64,000 nt of DNA from Amoebidium appalachense (taxonomy: Eukaryota > Protista > Ichthyosporea): NCBI GenBank assembly GCA_963693365.1, contig CAVNZM010000012.1, positions 5,468,889 to 5,532,888 of the forward strand, in the 5' to 3' direction. The notes beneath the pieces are model-generated. The model was given only the letters and a program-made list of their open reading frames with translations, was not told the DNA's origin and did not search any database. Shown piece after piece: positions 10,362 to 30,504 of this stretch. Each line of letters opens with the position of its first letter. Positions within the stretch are counted from its first letter, which is position 1. The position numbers and the translations under genes are program-made.

Positions 10362-11764
10362 AAAGATGCCCCGCTCTCGCTCTGCCTCTCTGTCTGTACC
10401 TGATTGTCTTTTCTCTTTCTCTTTGTCTGTTTCTTCTCCTTTTGTGTGTGTGTGTGTGTGTGTGGAGATAAACGTGGAGAATGTGCGACAGTTTTCCGGC
10501 TGAGCTCAGTGAGCTGGTCTGTGCTCTCCTTCTTCCGTTTTAGCTGGACCGCCTTGCATGCACTGTGAAAGTTTATTGGCGTCATCAGGGGTGATTTGGT
10601 GATCATGACCTCAGCATGCACATTGTCATAGTTTAGCACACCCCTGGTTTTCGGTCATGGTGCCTCAGTGTTCAGACAGGCAGCAGCCCCAAACTTTTTA
10701 TGTAAATCATCAGTCCAACCATGCCATAGTTCTTCTGCAGCCGCATAGACCAATTTAGATTTACTAATTGAGAATCTCATTGTGCTTGCTTCTCTCTAAA
10801 GAGATCCAGCCAGCCAGCCAGCCAGCCGAACTGGCGAAATGAATGGCTGAGTGGTCGGCGGTCATATACCAAATCCTGCTTATAATGCTTAAAATCAATA
10901 ATCTGAATAGAAAAGGGGTTTTGCTCCACTAGTAAATTATTTGATAAACAAAGCGACAAGCAATTTTTGTATAAGCAACATGGGGTGTCCGGCGCCTATT
11001 TCGTAGCGAAAGCAGGCAAAAACCATAGTTTCATCATAGACGATCGACCTCAAGGCAAGGTGGTAAGAGGCTATGCAAGACGGGTTTTGATGATTTTAGC
11101 GATGTAGGCTTTGTTGGAGCACCCCGACTACTTATATCAAGCGCGTCTTTTTATTTCCTAAAACTTTTTCTTAAGGACGAAACCCAACTTTCTAAGTAAA
11201 ATCGGGGCCTAACTGCTTTTGAGAGGCTGTCGGTCTGAGATTTTGGCCTGTCACCGTCTGAGCGGCCGTCACTGACCTTGGCCCTTACTTTTGGCGCAAC
11301 CAGATTCGAATTGTTTCACACCGGTGAGCCAATTTGAAATAAATCATTTCTAGAATCTAAACCGCACGGTCTATACCAAACAACATTCCATTGCATTTCG
11401 TAATCTCGGTTTAGCGCTGCTGAGTGATCACCTTCGGTAACACCAGGGGACTCACCTTGGGACCCGCTACATACAGTTGCATCATGGCATGCCTGGGATC
11501 CACAGATTTTTTTTTAGTGCTGCCAGATATAAGTCACGGCCCTCAAAGGGCCGTGTATAAGTAGTCCCTCGTGTGCATGGTACCTACCCAACTTGAAGGC
11601 CTCGGGGAAGGAAGCAGCGTAACAAATAACTACTACAAAGCGACTAGTGTTGCTTGGGGAATGTTCGAGTAACACACCTGATTGGTAGCTCAATAGCCAA
11701 TCGATTCTAGCTAGAAATAAGCCAATATGTGTACGTCGTCTGTTTTTAGACTCTAATACTGCAT

Positions 11765-11822
11765 GATAAAATGCCTATCACACGATGCTAAACGATAAAG
11801 GGCCTATCACACGATGCTAAAC
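11765..11822. repeat. 29-bp tandem duplication upstream of the Cys-rich gene
   Basis: gataaa(at/gg)gcctatcacacgatgctaaac occurs twice in tandem. Confidence 0.8.
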
Positions 11823-12059
11823 TGTTATCCTAATTCCTAGTTCCAAACTCAAAACCAAATCTTTTACGAAGATTGAATATTCACACAGATAGCTTCACTC
11901 ATAAGTCAAAAAGAGCACGGAAGGATATAAAGCAATCTTCAAAAGATGCAAGGACATTCCTACTCTACTCATACACGCAGTCCTCAAGCCTAAGGGTAAA
12001 TTCCTTCTCTGTCGTAATTCTGTGTAGGTACGTGGGCGCAAGATTACCGCAGTCCTACA

Positions 12060-12156
12060 CCAATCAGCGATCTCCATGAGGAATATCGAATGTCCGTTTC
12101 AGACCCAACACTCACGTATATAAACCGCAAACGCAAAGTCTTTCGATCATTCACTT
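12060..12156 (+). promoter_or_regulatory. Core Pol II promoter: CCAAT box, TATA box, initiator-like element
   Basis: CCAAT 12060-12064, TATATAAA 12117-12124, TCATTCACTT 12147-12156 about 30 bp after TATA and about 100 bp before ATG 12251. Confidence 0.65.
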
Positions 12157-12250
12157 CAATCCACAAAGCTTTCGACAGCAACAAAAACATCTCACCGCGA
12201 ACTTCCCACCTTTGCTTAGCAGAAAGTATCCGTACTCAATATTACACACC

Positions 12251-12982
12251 ATGGCCACCCTTGCAGTAATTTTCGCCTTCCTTGTCGCCACCTCCGCCAT
12301 GCCCATCAACCAGGAGAACTCTGCCATCACCACCAGCGAATCCCTACCACTCGCCCGGGCTGTGCGCTCGAGCGAATGCACCAAGTCCGCCAGCTACACC
12401 GTGCCCAAGGGCACAGGGCGAGGCGACGATGGCGACGATGACTGCGAGGGTTCGTGTGACTGCAACGGCCTGCGCACGTGCAGCCCGATGGACGGCGTGT
12501 GTGTTGGTGACGTGAGTCTTTCCTGCACCGACCCGGCATACAAGTTTAACGAAACCATGCGCACGACAGACAACAGAGGGAAGGTGCTGGAAACGGGCCC
12601 CACCGAGTGTCTGAGCGCGTGCGACTGCAACGGCGTGCGCACGTGCTCGGTGTACGGCACATGCTACACGCCCGCCACGGACGCTGAGTACAACAAGCTG
12701 ATCGATGCGGCGCTGGCGGGGGAGGAGGTGACGGTGCCAACGCAGTTCGAGGGCAGCCCCAAGGGCTCGAACGAAACGTTTTTCAGCATCATGCCGGGCA
12801 CAAGCATCCACGTGCAGGCCGGGCAGAGCCTCACGAAGGTGCTGAAAAATTGGCGGCGGTGCGATGCAGTGGTCAAGTGCACACAGTACGAGAGCTACTT
12901 TCGTGGCGGCGTGCAGCTGTGTGAGCTGGGCTCGTCCAGTGACGATGGCTACCAGTGCACCCGCAGCACGTGCTGCAACTAG
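12251..12982 (+). CDS. Secreted cysteine-rich repeat protein (243 aa, intronless)
   Basis: accATGg start context; hydrophobic signal peptide MATLAVIFAFLVATSA; two copies of C-x3-CDCNG-x-RTCS-x2/3-G-x-C; Cys-rich C-terminus; strong GC3 codon bias; AATAAA downstream. Confidence 0.88.
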   Translation: MATLAVIFAFLVATSAMPINQENSAITTSESLPLARAVRSSECTKSASYTVPKGTGRGDDGDDDCEGSCDCNGLRTCSPMDGVCVGDVSLSCTDPAYKFNETMRTTDNRGKVLETGPTECLSACDCNGVRTCSVYGTCYTPATDAEYNKLIDAALAGEEVTVPTQFEGSPKGSNETFFSIMPGTSIHVQAGQSLTKVLKNWRRCDAVVKCTQYESYFRGGVQLCELGSSSDDGYQCTRSTCCN

Positions 12983-13109
12983 TTTGGTCCAGTAGGTGCC
13001 GATAGTATTTTTTAGTGTAAAGCAGTATGCCTGAATGGTTGCACTTGATGTTAGACTACATTTTTATAAAGTTTGATGCACTGGTTGCATCAAAGATCAC
13101 ATGTTTATA

Positions 13110-13115
13110 AATAAA
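13110..13115 (+). terminator. Putative polyadenylation signal
   Basis: AATAAA about 130 bp after the stop at 12982, in AT-rich sequence. Confidence 0.5.
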
Positions 13116-13299
13116 TTTTTAAGCTTTCACCCAAAGACGATGAAGTTCATGGTGTGAGGCGTTAACAAAAAAACCAAAGACAATCACCGAATAAACTCAA
13201 GATACAGACTCAGTCCACGTCTCTCCTCTCTCTCTTTCTTTCTCTCCCTCTCTCCCTCTCTCCCCCATCCCCTCTCTCTCTCACTCTCTCTGCTCTCTC

Positions 13300-13500
<201 letters not shown>

Positions 13501-15095
13501 TCCCCCAATCTCTCTTTCTCTCTCCCTCTCTCCCCCTCCCTCCCTCCTCCCCTCTCACCCCTCCTTCTTCTCTCTCTCTTTCTCTCGCTCTGTGCGTGCG
13601 TCTCAAGTAACTTTCCATTTTCCTTTTCTTTTTTTTTGGTTTCAAAGTTTTCTCATTTCTTTTTCTTCTTGAACTTTCTTTTCTTTTCTCTCTTTCCCTC
13701 CCCCCCCCTCCCCCCCCCCCCCCCTCGGTCCATTTTCTGGGGAGGGGGGGGGGGGGGGGAGAGGGGAGGCGGGGAGGGGGGGGGGGGGGGGGCTACAATT
13801 TTTTCGGGCTATCCTTTCCTTTCAGGATCCTTTCTTTTCTCTTTTTTTCTCTTCAAAGTTTTTGATATGGAAAGCGGTAGGTTGGAAACTATTAATGACT
13901 GAGGCATTTGCGGCCCTCCTCCAGTTCTCATTCCAAAAAAGAATATTTTTTAGAAAAATGTGAAGCGTTTTCGCGCACAAGCCATTCATTGGCTTAAGGA
14001 CGTTATCTAAGGTGAAACAAGCTGAGCAGTGGTTGGCGTGGATTGGCTCTCAAGGAGGCGCAGTTGCGTACCATAGATGGGGGGTGTGCGGTGTGTGGGG
14101 GGGGCGGGGGGGGGGGGGGGGGGGGGGGGGGGGATGTTTGCTAGCTTGCACCTACGGTATACCAGTGCGTACAACATTTAGTCACTACAAAGTTTATTTA
14201 TTGTTTATTTATTTGTGTATTTATTTATTTGATTCATTGTTTTTTTTTTTTGTGTGTGTGTTTTTTTTTTCGAGGGAGGGGAGGAGTGGGGGGGGGGAGC
14301 CAGGGGGGGGGGGGGGGGGTTGACATGAGCAGCATGTGATAACTGCCTTCTTCCAACATTGACCAACAGAGCATGGGCCTGGCTTTGACCAGAAAGACGG
14401 GTGCAGGAAGTCAACGTCACTGTGTGCATCCATGAAGGTGTCCTCTGTGTGTACTTAGTCCCCCCATGCATGCATATGCTGCACTGCCGACCAGGGCCTC
14501 TCTCTTTTGTTGCCCATAATGCATGACTCATCTAAGCAGGCACGTGGGAGGGCTGAATCAGATGGGACCACGACCCGTGCCCCACCATGACCAGAATACT
14601 ATTCGGTAACTTGCAAAGAAAGAAGGCACAGAGGTTGCTGAGGTGACACGTACAAGGGTCTGAGACGAGAAGGGAGCAGGGTGCCGTGTGCCGGCTTCTA
14701 TCTTCCCAATGCGCCTGGGCAGCCGGGGGAGAGAGAGGGGGGAGGGGAGGGGAGGGAGGGGGGGCGCATTTGCTTGCCTTTCGTCCGGAGCTCCTTTTCT
14801 TCCCTTCGACATATTCACCTATCCTTCCCCTTTCCCCTCCCTTACCCGAGGGGGTGGAGTTGTGTGTGCACTTCTGTCTTCCATGAAGTAAGGTAGGATA
14901 GGCTTCGAAGAGGGGGGGGAGGGGGGGGGTAAGGGATGGAGGAGGCAGGTTTTTTTTTTTCCCCCTTTCTTTCTTTTTTTTTTGTGGTGGTGGTGGTGGT
15001 GGGGGGGGGGGGGGGGGGGGGGGGGGGCTTTTGTTTCCCTTTCATACACAGGCTCCTTCCTTCCCCCCCCCCCCCCCCCCCCTCCCCCCCCCCTC

Positions 15096-15127
<32 letters not shown>

Positions 15128-15496
15128 ACACACATGCACACACACAGGTCCACCCATCCTTCCTCCCTCTCCTCTCTTCACCCCCCCCCCCCCCCCCCCA
15201 TTCACACTCACGGGCGAAACAAAAAGGGAACCGAAACACATTTCAGAAACAAATAAGGCCAGAAAAGAAGATAATGGTGGTGATACCTGCCAACCTGTGC
15301 TTGGCCGACTGACTTTCATACATCACTGGCCTCCCCCTCGGCAACCTTGTACCATGCTTATCGCTTGCGAATTTTCTCTCTCCCTTTCGAGCTCCCCCCA
15401 CCCCCCTCCCCCCTCCCCCGCCCCCTCTCTTTCTCCCCCCCCCCCCCCCCCCCCCCCCCCCTTCCCCTCCCGAAGCACACACACACAAACACACAA

Positions 15497-15527
<31 letters not shown>

Positions 15528-16427
15528 AAATAAATAAAAAAAGAGAAGAAGAACAAGATGCAACAGCCGCCAATTAACCAATAGTAACCACCAATGATCG
15601 AATACGTGTGTGTGTGTGTGCGTGTATTCATGTGTGTGTGCTTGGGAGTAAAGAACTTCAAAGACTGCTACCTCAGCTTGTAGCCGAGTGAGAACGAATA
15701 AGAATATATCTCAATAACAACACACACGAAAATGAATCACACAATACCGGTTGTCCTATTTGCCTCCCATTTCCCCCCATCTCCACCCCCCTCCCCCCTT
15801 CCGTCCCCTCCCCCCTCCCCGTCCCCCCCCCCCCCCCCCCCCCCCCCTTCCCCCCCCTCTCCCACCCACATTACCCCCCACCCTATTCCTTCCTCTTCCC
15901 TCCCCCCCTCTCCTAATTTTTTCCCAGAACGGCATATCTTCACCATGCTCCCCACACATACCTCCACCCTTCACCCATCAACCCCCGTTTCTCCCCCCCA
16001 ACCTAGGTGGGGCATTGGCGGTAAAAAGTGGGGCAATGTAGCTTGGAAATAGATATAGACTTAATCATAATGCTGTGATGGTTTATTAATAGTGCTCCGC
16101 GAGGCCCTTACAAAAGGCTCGGAGGGAATGATGTGCACATAACTTTAGTGAGGGCTAGCTCTGAGGACCAATCTAGCACAAGGAGGGACAGTAACCACTA
16201 TACATCCGTACCAGTATGGAAAGCAATTGCTTGCACTGAGACGGTCTAAAGTCCGATTGATTGAATATATTACAAACAAGGTAAAGACCTGGGGGTGGGT
16301 GAGTTACTTTAAAAGACATGATAATTGCCCATAAATTAAAGTCAACAAATCTCATAGCCAAACACAAGGTGCCAGTCACGATATCTGGTCTTTTAATAAA
16401 ACTAATGCTAAGAAAAGAACATTTAAT

Positions 16428-18176
16428 TTACCCTGCCGCCACACGTGGTGTGGAGCGTCTCACGCGTAGAGACGCCAGAATACTCGTTGTGCTGCTTCGG
16501 TGCCCCGTGTGCTCCGGTTCAATGGGTATGGTAGGGCTGGCCGGGGGCTCATCGTTCAAGAAATCCAAAAAGGACATCTCTTTGTCCGTCTCCTCCGTGA
16601 TCGACAAACGAGACATGTGCATCATCTTGATCTGGCTCTCCCTCCTCCTGCGTGCCGTCTTACCCTCGGGCGTGTTTGGTGCCGTTTTTGCAGCCGCGAC
16701 AGTGGCCGGTGTGGGTGCACTAGGTCCCTCGGTCAGGAACTCAAGGAGGGAGAGCTCGGGGGCAGAGGGGAGGGACGGTACTGAGGTGGACTTCTTCAAG
16801 GGCTGTGTGGGGGTGGGTGGGCCTGGGCTTGGGCTGCGGCTGCCTGGCCGCTTATTCAAGAGCTCATTGCGGCGCCTGCGGATCAGATCCTCGATGTTTT
16901 GCATAGACATGCGCAGTGCGGGGGCGTGGTCTGGGCCCATGCCAGGGCTCTGTGGTGTGGGTGGCCTGCTGAGGGACCGCAGGGACCCAGATGAAAGCTG
17001 CCGGGCCAGGCCTGGGTTGGGGGTGAACGGTGTGAGGAGGGTGGTGGGTGTGGTGGGTTCGTCGTTGAGAAAGTCGAGCAGGGACATCTCAGCATCCAGG
17101 CCACCCTCGTCGTGGGTGGATGTGGACTGGGTGTCCCGCCAGGCCACGTTGGATGTGGGCCGCTGGAACCGCGTCCCTCCGCCGTCTGTTGCTCGCCTCT
17201 GAGCCATTCTCTTTGCATCTCCCCCCGGCACCAGAGGCACGGCCGGCTCGAAGTGGAAGTAACCTGTGCGCTGGTCGTGCCCGGTCGGTGTGTGGGGCCG
17301 GGTGGGGGTGCGATGGCCATCTGCCTGCATACCACGGATGCTGGCATCTAAGATGGACCCCTCACGATCCTGGCCCGCATAAGTGTTGGACAGGTTTGAC
17401 TGTGTGGTGCCGATGGACGTCTGTGACGTAGACATGAAGGTGGCCCGCAGGCTCAGCAGGGACCGTGTGATGGACCGCCTGTGCTCCTCCCTGTGGGGCT
17501 TGGCGTCAGCCTCAAAGTCCATCGTGAAGCTGATGAACGCACTGCCGCCCGGGTTTGCATGGCTGGTGGTCGGGGACTTGGACCCGACGAGGTGTGGTGG
17601 TGTTTCGCGGCGTTTCCTTTGGTTTTCGTTTAGGCGGCCGGCCAGCTTAGGGTCCAGTGCCCCCGTGCTCTGAGACTTGTGCACGGTGCGGGGCATGGTG
17701 TTACCTCTACCCTCAGACAAGTACTGCAGGGTAGCCGATGAGGTGGATTTGCTCAGGGTACCACTCCCTGCAGCCTGGGCCCGCCTGAGGTTGGCCATGA
17801 ACTTGGGGAAGCAGTCTGGCGCGCTGAGCATCTTAATCACCTTGTCCGTAGCACCATCGAAAGTGTCAATCTCGAGCCTGCGGGCCTGCACACTAGCTAC
17901 TGTATCGCACCGAGTGGTATTATCTATGTTGATCTCACGGGTGGTGCCCTGCGTCAGGTACACGTCGCATATGCGTTTCGCCACTGGGAAAAGCGCGTCG
18001 GTGGGTGTGGCTGCACGCACCAACTTACAGTACTCGGACACATCTCTGAGAAAGTCGAGATGCTCATCAGAGCACAATCCGCGAAGGTATGCCGCAAAGT
18101 CGCTATAGTGCGGGTGGTCAGGATTCAGCGCCACATCCCTAACATGGAGATTGGCGGGGGGTGTTGCGAGTTCCAT
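16428..18176 (-). CDS. Regulator of G-protein signalling (RGS) domain protein with long disordered C-terminus
   Basis: 582-aa ORF. N-terminal RGS signature: FAAYL..LCSDEHLDFL..V..Y, AKRICDVYL..GTTREINID, TFDGATDKVIKML..DCFPKF. The rest is S/T/P-rich. Confidence 0.88.
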   Translation of the reverse strand: MELATPPANLHVRDVALNPDHPHYSDFAAYLRGLCSDEHLDFLRDVSEYCKLVRAATPTDALFPVAKRICDVYLTQGTTREINIDNTTRCDTVASVQARRLEIDTFDGATDKVIKMLSAPDCFPKFMANLRRAQAAGSGTLSKSTSSATLQYLSEGRGNTMPRTVHKSQSTGALDPKLAGRLNENQRKRRETPPHLVGSKSPTTSHANPGGSAFISFTMDFEADAKPHREEHRRSITRSLLSLRATFMSTSQTSIGTTQSNLSNTYAGQDREGSILDASIRGMQADGHRTPTRPHTPTGHDQRTGYFHFEPAVPLVPGGDAKRMAQRRATDGGGTRFQRPTSNVAWRDTQSTSTHDEGGLDAEMSLLDFLNDEPTTPTTLLTPFTPNPGLARQLSSGSLRSLSRPPTPQSPGMGPDHAPALRMSMQNIEDLIRRRRNELLNKRPGSRSPSPGPPTPTQPLKKSTSVPSLPSAPELSLLEFLTEGPSAPTPATVAAAKTAPNTPEGKTARRRRESQIKMMHMSRLSITEETDKEMSFLDFLNDEPPASPTIPIEPEHTGHRSSTTSILASLRVRRSTPRVAAG

Positions 18177-20515
18177 AATGCCGGCACAATGTGTGCCACC
18201 TTCTACTGTGTGCTAGAAAAGTCTATACACGAGTGCTCTTCTGTTTCTATACAACGCCAAAACACCAACAGTGCTGGTTCACTTGCGCCCTTGAAGTCGA
18301 GGGCTTCCTAAGAGGGGAGAACGTAAAACTAGGCCTAGAACCAGATGCCACAACCTGTGCGTTACTACGAAATAACGGTACAAGACACGCATGTGTGGGC
18401 ACACGCGTATATGCAGCGTGGTGTGTGGGAGTGTGAAAATGGTAGGCTAGGGCCTCGGCCACTCTCAGTATCTGGGCCCACGGCGGACACTCGTTACCGC
18501 ATGATTACGGAACAGAGACATAGCGTGAAGCCGTCCAGATCTCTTGGATGACATGTACCCAATCGTTGCGCAGAATTGTGCATGGTGTCACAATGACAAT
18601 CAAAGATAGTTTTCGTTCTAGAGTTCTAACTAGTAATTTATGCCCCGTATGTGAGAATTACCTGAGGCGCAAAAAACCCTTCTGTTACGTGTTTTCACCA
18701 CAATCACCAGACATACACTTCCTGGAGCACACACCACAGCACGGTGCCACATTCTGCATGCATACGCACTCCGAGAGAGCCATCAGCGGAACACCAACCA
18801 GGCTTTAGGTGACAAGATCCTCCAATCTGGATGGCTTCATATAATAAACAATCCTGCTGCTAACCAATCAGAGTGCTCCTACTGCAATTATTTATTGGAG
18901 GTGATGCAAAAATAGATCCATTTTGTCCGAACTCCGTAACTGTTCAGCTGCGAGTCGATGTCGCGGACATGGGCATCCCATATGCGAGTCAAATGTTTCA
19001 CTTTTCTCTAGATCATATCGTAGGGAAAAAAAAAAGAAAATGCATATGGTGGAAGAGGCAGTGGAAGGGGCCCCGGGGGCCATGGGCATAATTATCCAGG
19101 CCGCGGCTGCCGGAGGGACCTAATGTTAGTGCATATACCCGTACATTTCAAGGTGCACCACTGCATGTCAGATATCGATGTGTGCCATGGTGTCAACACG
19201 CGCACGAGGCCAGCCTGTGCCCGCGTAGCTATCTATTCGTACACAATTTTTTTATTCAATATAAGTATATATATGTGAGTGGTAATTGCATGCTAAGAAA
19301 TATTTGCCGTTCGAACACATCCAGCTGCAGTGCCACCTGGTGTGATACGGTGAAATATCCAATTTATATCATCAGGGTTGGGTTTGACCATCAAGAGCCT
19401 CTGGGTCTGGTGTTGCCTGTGTGTGCACTGCTGCGTGTACTGTCAATACACATGTACACATGTGGTCTGGATATCGATCCTGCAGGGCATGCATACGTAC
19501 ACATATCTACACTGATGGTACGTAATGCAGGTCAGACGCGCGTGCAACTGGTTCGACATCTGGCCTGCTCACCAGTGAAATTGTGGTGGATTCGCTTCCA
19601 CCTGATTGTTATATAGTATCTACATATGCCCATGCAGCTACTACGCACCACTCTTATCCTAATCAAGTACGAATACAAGTGTTGTTGACCTCGGCGACGG
19701 CCATCGGAGACTTTCGGGGTCCCGGTCGGACCGGTCCCGGATGTGCTTTCTGTACAATTCAAAACATACCTCAGTGATCTGATTGGAGTGTCTCGGTTGT
19801 GTTTCATTGGTGGACCGAAGAATGTCCTTTTTAGGAACACCTGAGGAAACGATATTGGTTTACGGCGCATCACTGCGTGCTGCTTCAAAATTCAAATTTT
19901 CAAGCTAAGTCGGTTTCCTTGAAGCTTTCTTGAACCACGAGCGGTACCTACTACTGCATGTACTGCTACACGGCACATGCATATGTATGGGGCCCTCTAG
20001 GCTACCAGCAACTAATTAGCATATAGCACGCATACATCATGGTATAAGCGACCTCTTGGGCTTCATTTCAGTTGAACGAACAACCAGTTAGCCGCGTTTC
20101 ACACACCTCATGAATTGTCCAATGCACCCCTAGCTAGGCCTACGTGCACGCATAGATTTGGAACTGACATATGCATATTCTGGGCCACATAATAGACTTA
20201 TTTGCCGCATATAGCATATGGAATATAAAAAGATCTTTTTTACCATTTATGAGCGAAACAAGCAAAACTTGAATACAGCAGAGAAGCCTATGGCCATTCT
20301 AAACCATTAGATGATACTTCATTAATAAATCTGCGGCTTGAAACGTCATGGTATATGTGTATACGTATATACACCTTCATCAGTATCCATAGTAGCTAGG
20401 AGGTAGTACTACACACACCCTCCCTTCAGCAGCTCCTAGACTTACACATATCACTCATAAGTTGCCCAGCAACAAGGGGAACGCTCAGCCACAGCGAGGG
20501 CAAACATCAGACAGC

Positions 20516-28457
<7,942 letters not shown>

Positions 28458-28761
28458 GTTGCTGGGTAATCTCTAGATCTTGGAATATGTATCTGCGGGG
28501 AGGGGGGGGGGGGGGGGGGGACGGGGAAAAGGGTTCCGGGAGGGGGTTGAGGGGGGGGGGGGGGTTGGGGAGCCGTCCTGGAAGGGATAGGGATCATCGG
28601 GGAGGGGGGAGGGGGGGGGGAGGTTATGATATTCAGAGTGGGACTCGTGTCGCTAGGGTTCACATGCCCAGCAGGCTAGCGTATATGCTGAGTTTGAAGG
28701 TACATGTCTCTCGTTAGCATGGATTCATCGCAACCTCGGGTGATTTATATATTTATTTTAA

Positions 28762-30504
28762 TGCTTATTTTGCTATTTAAGATATCCATAGCATGCAACA
28801 TACAGGCTGCTAATAGCCAGTGTGATCGCCCTGCAGTCACAGCTGTCGCAGGCACTGCAGCACACACCCGGTATTCACCACAAAAAAAAAAAAAAAAAAA
28901 AAAAAAAAAGAAACAGCACCCAGAGCCGTGTTACCCCACGACATGTACAGCCCCAAGTGCATGATACTGCTTGTGCATGCACAGCACATACATGGCAGAT
29001 ACATGGCCCACAAACCATGCATCCTGTGCTCCTGTGCCCCTTTAAATCTCATATATATACATGTGTGTGTGTGTCATTCCTCAGTTGATCCTGCATATGT
29101 TGCACATTTCCGTGCTCCTGTACTGTGTATATCCCCCTGTAACACAGTTAAATGGATTGCAAATGTATCCCCCCCCCCCCCCCCCCCCTCCCCCCCCCCC
29201 CCCCCCCCCCCCCCCCTCCACCCACCCACCCACCCACCCATCCACACTCGAACCCAATCATTCACAAAGGCCTCTGGCCCAATCCAACACAGCATAGCAG
29301 CACAGACCTAGATACCGATGTAAAGGTACAGTGTGTTGTGCACTATATGTCAATTCATGTCCCAGGGTTCAGGCCTAGGAACTGGTACCACCATGGACCC
29401 TGCCCATGTGCTCGTATACGGGGCTGCCGGAATCATAGACGGCCAGGCACACCCAGCAGATGTGGGCCCTGCACAGGGCACATGTCATGTGGTTGCAGCC
29501 TGAACTTTTTTCGATCAGCGCATGCCAGCGGGGGCATGCCTTGGCCCCCACCTGCTGCCGCCACACCTCAAGGGCCACGTCATCAGGCCCCATACCATCC
29601 TGCCTGAGCAACCGGTCAGCAGGCACACACAGCTCACATTTGGCTACATTGCACCTACCCACCCGCAAACACAAATCAATGGAAACCACAACACTCTGGA
29701 TGCAGGTATAAGAACTGTTTGATGCCAATGGCAGAGAGAGAGAGACACACACACAAGCACACAAACATGTACAGCAGTCGATGGTGCACAGATGTCTACG
29801 TTTGTGTCCCACCCAGCACGGCCACCAACAATGAGATCTAGGCAAGCCCAGTCATACACATATGCCTTCATGCTATGTGGGGATGCATGAGGGCATTCAC
29901 CTTGTGCTGGGCGCATGTCAGGCCCTCGTGGTAGGCCACATGGCAGCTGGTGCAAACGGTCTGCAGGCAGCCTGGGCACAGCCGTGGCCCCTGGCCTGCC
30001 CGGTACAGCTGCACCCACCCTCAGTACTATGCACATCACAGCAGGTCGGCCCTGCACCTGGGGCTTCATTTTGCCACTGGCCACAACAGGGCAACGTGAG
30101 TCAGACGGAGTGAAAGACACGGGAAAAGGGGGGGGGGGGGGTATAGGGCATAGGCCCACCTCAGGACAGTCCGGGGTGACACAGAAGCACAGGGTGTCTG
30201 TGTGTGCAGCCATGTAGCTTCTAAATGCAGCCTGGCTGTGGGCTGCCAGTCCCCACAACCCAACCAGGTCCACCAGGCTGCTGAGGTGCACGGGGCTGGC
30301 ACAGCCCTCGGCCACACAGGCCAGGAGGTAGGTGGGGGCTGGGGCCTGCAGCATGTGCTGGGCACGGGGGGGGCAGTAGCCGTGGCCACAGCCAGCTAGC
30401 ACGTAGCCGGGGCCACCCACATTGCACGTGCACACGGGGCACACTGGGCCGTTGTCGTGGGTTGGGGTGGCGGTGTTGGTGGCTGCTGACGCCACAATGT
30501 CTGG
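28762..30504 (-). repeat. Left arm of an inverted segmental duplication (partner 57858-59687)
   Basis: The reverse complement matches 57858-59687 across exons, introns and 3' flank. The outer boundary is approximate. Confidence 0.88.

Noticed and set aside
14340-15370. Possible small minus-strand exons between poly-G/C tracts
   Set aside because: Splice-like sites are present but the peptides are unrecognisable and phases cannot be checked.
16318-17202. 294-aa plus-strand ORF
   Set aside because: Antisense shadow of the RGS gene.
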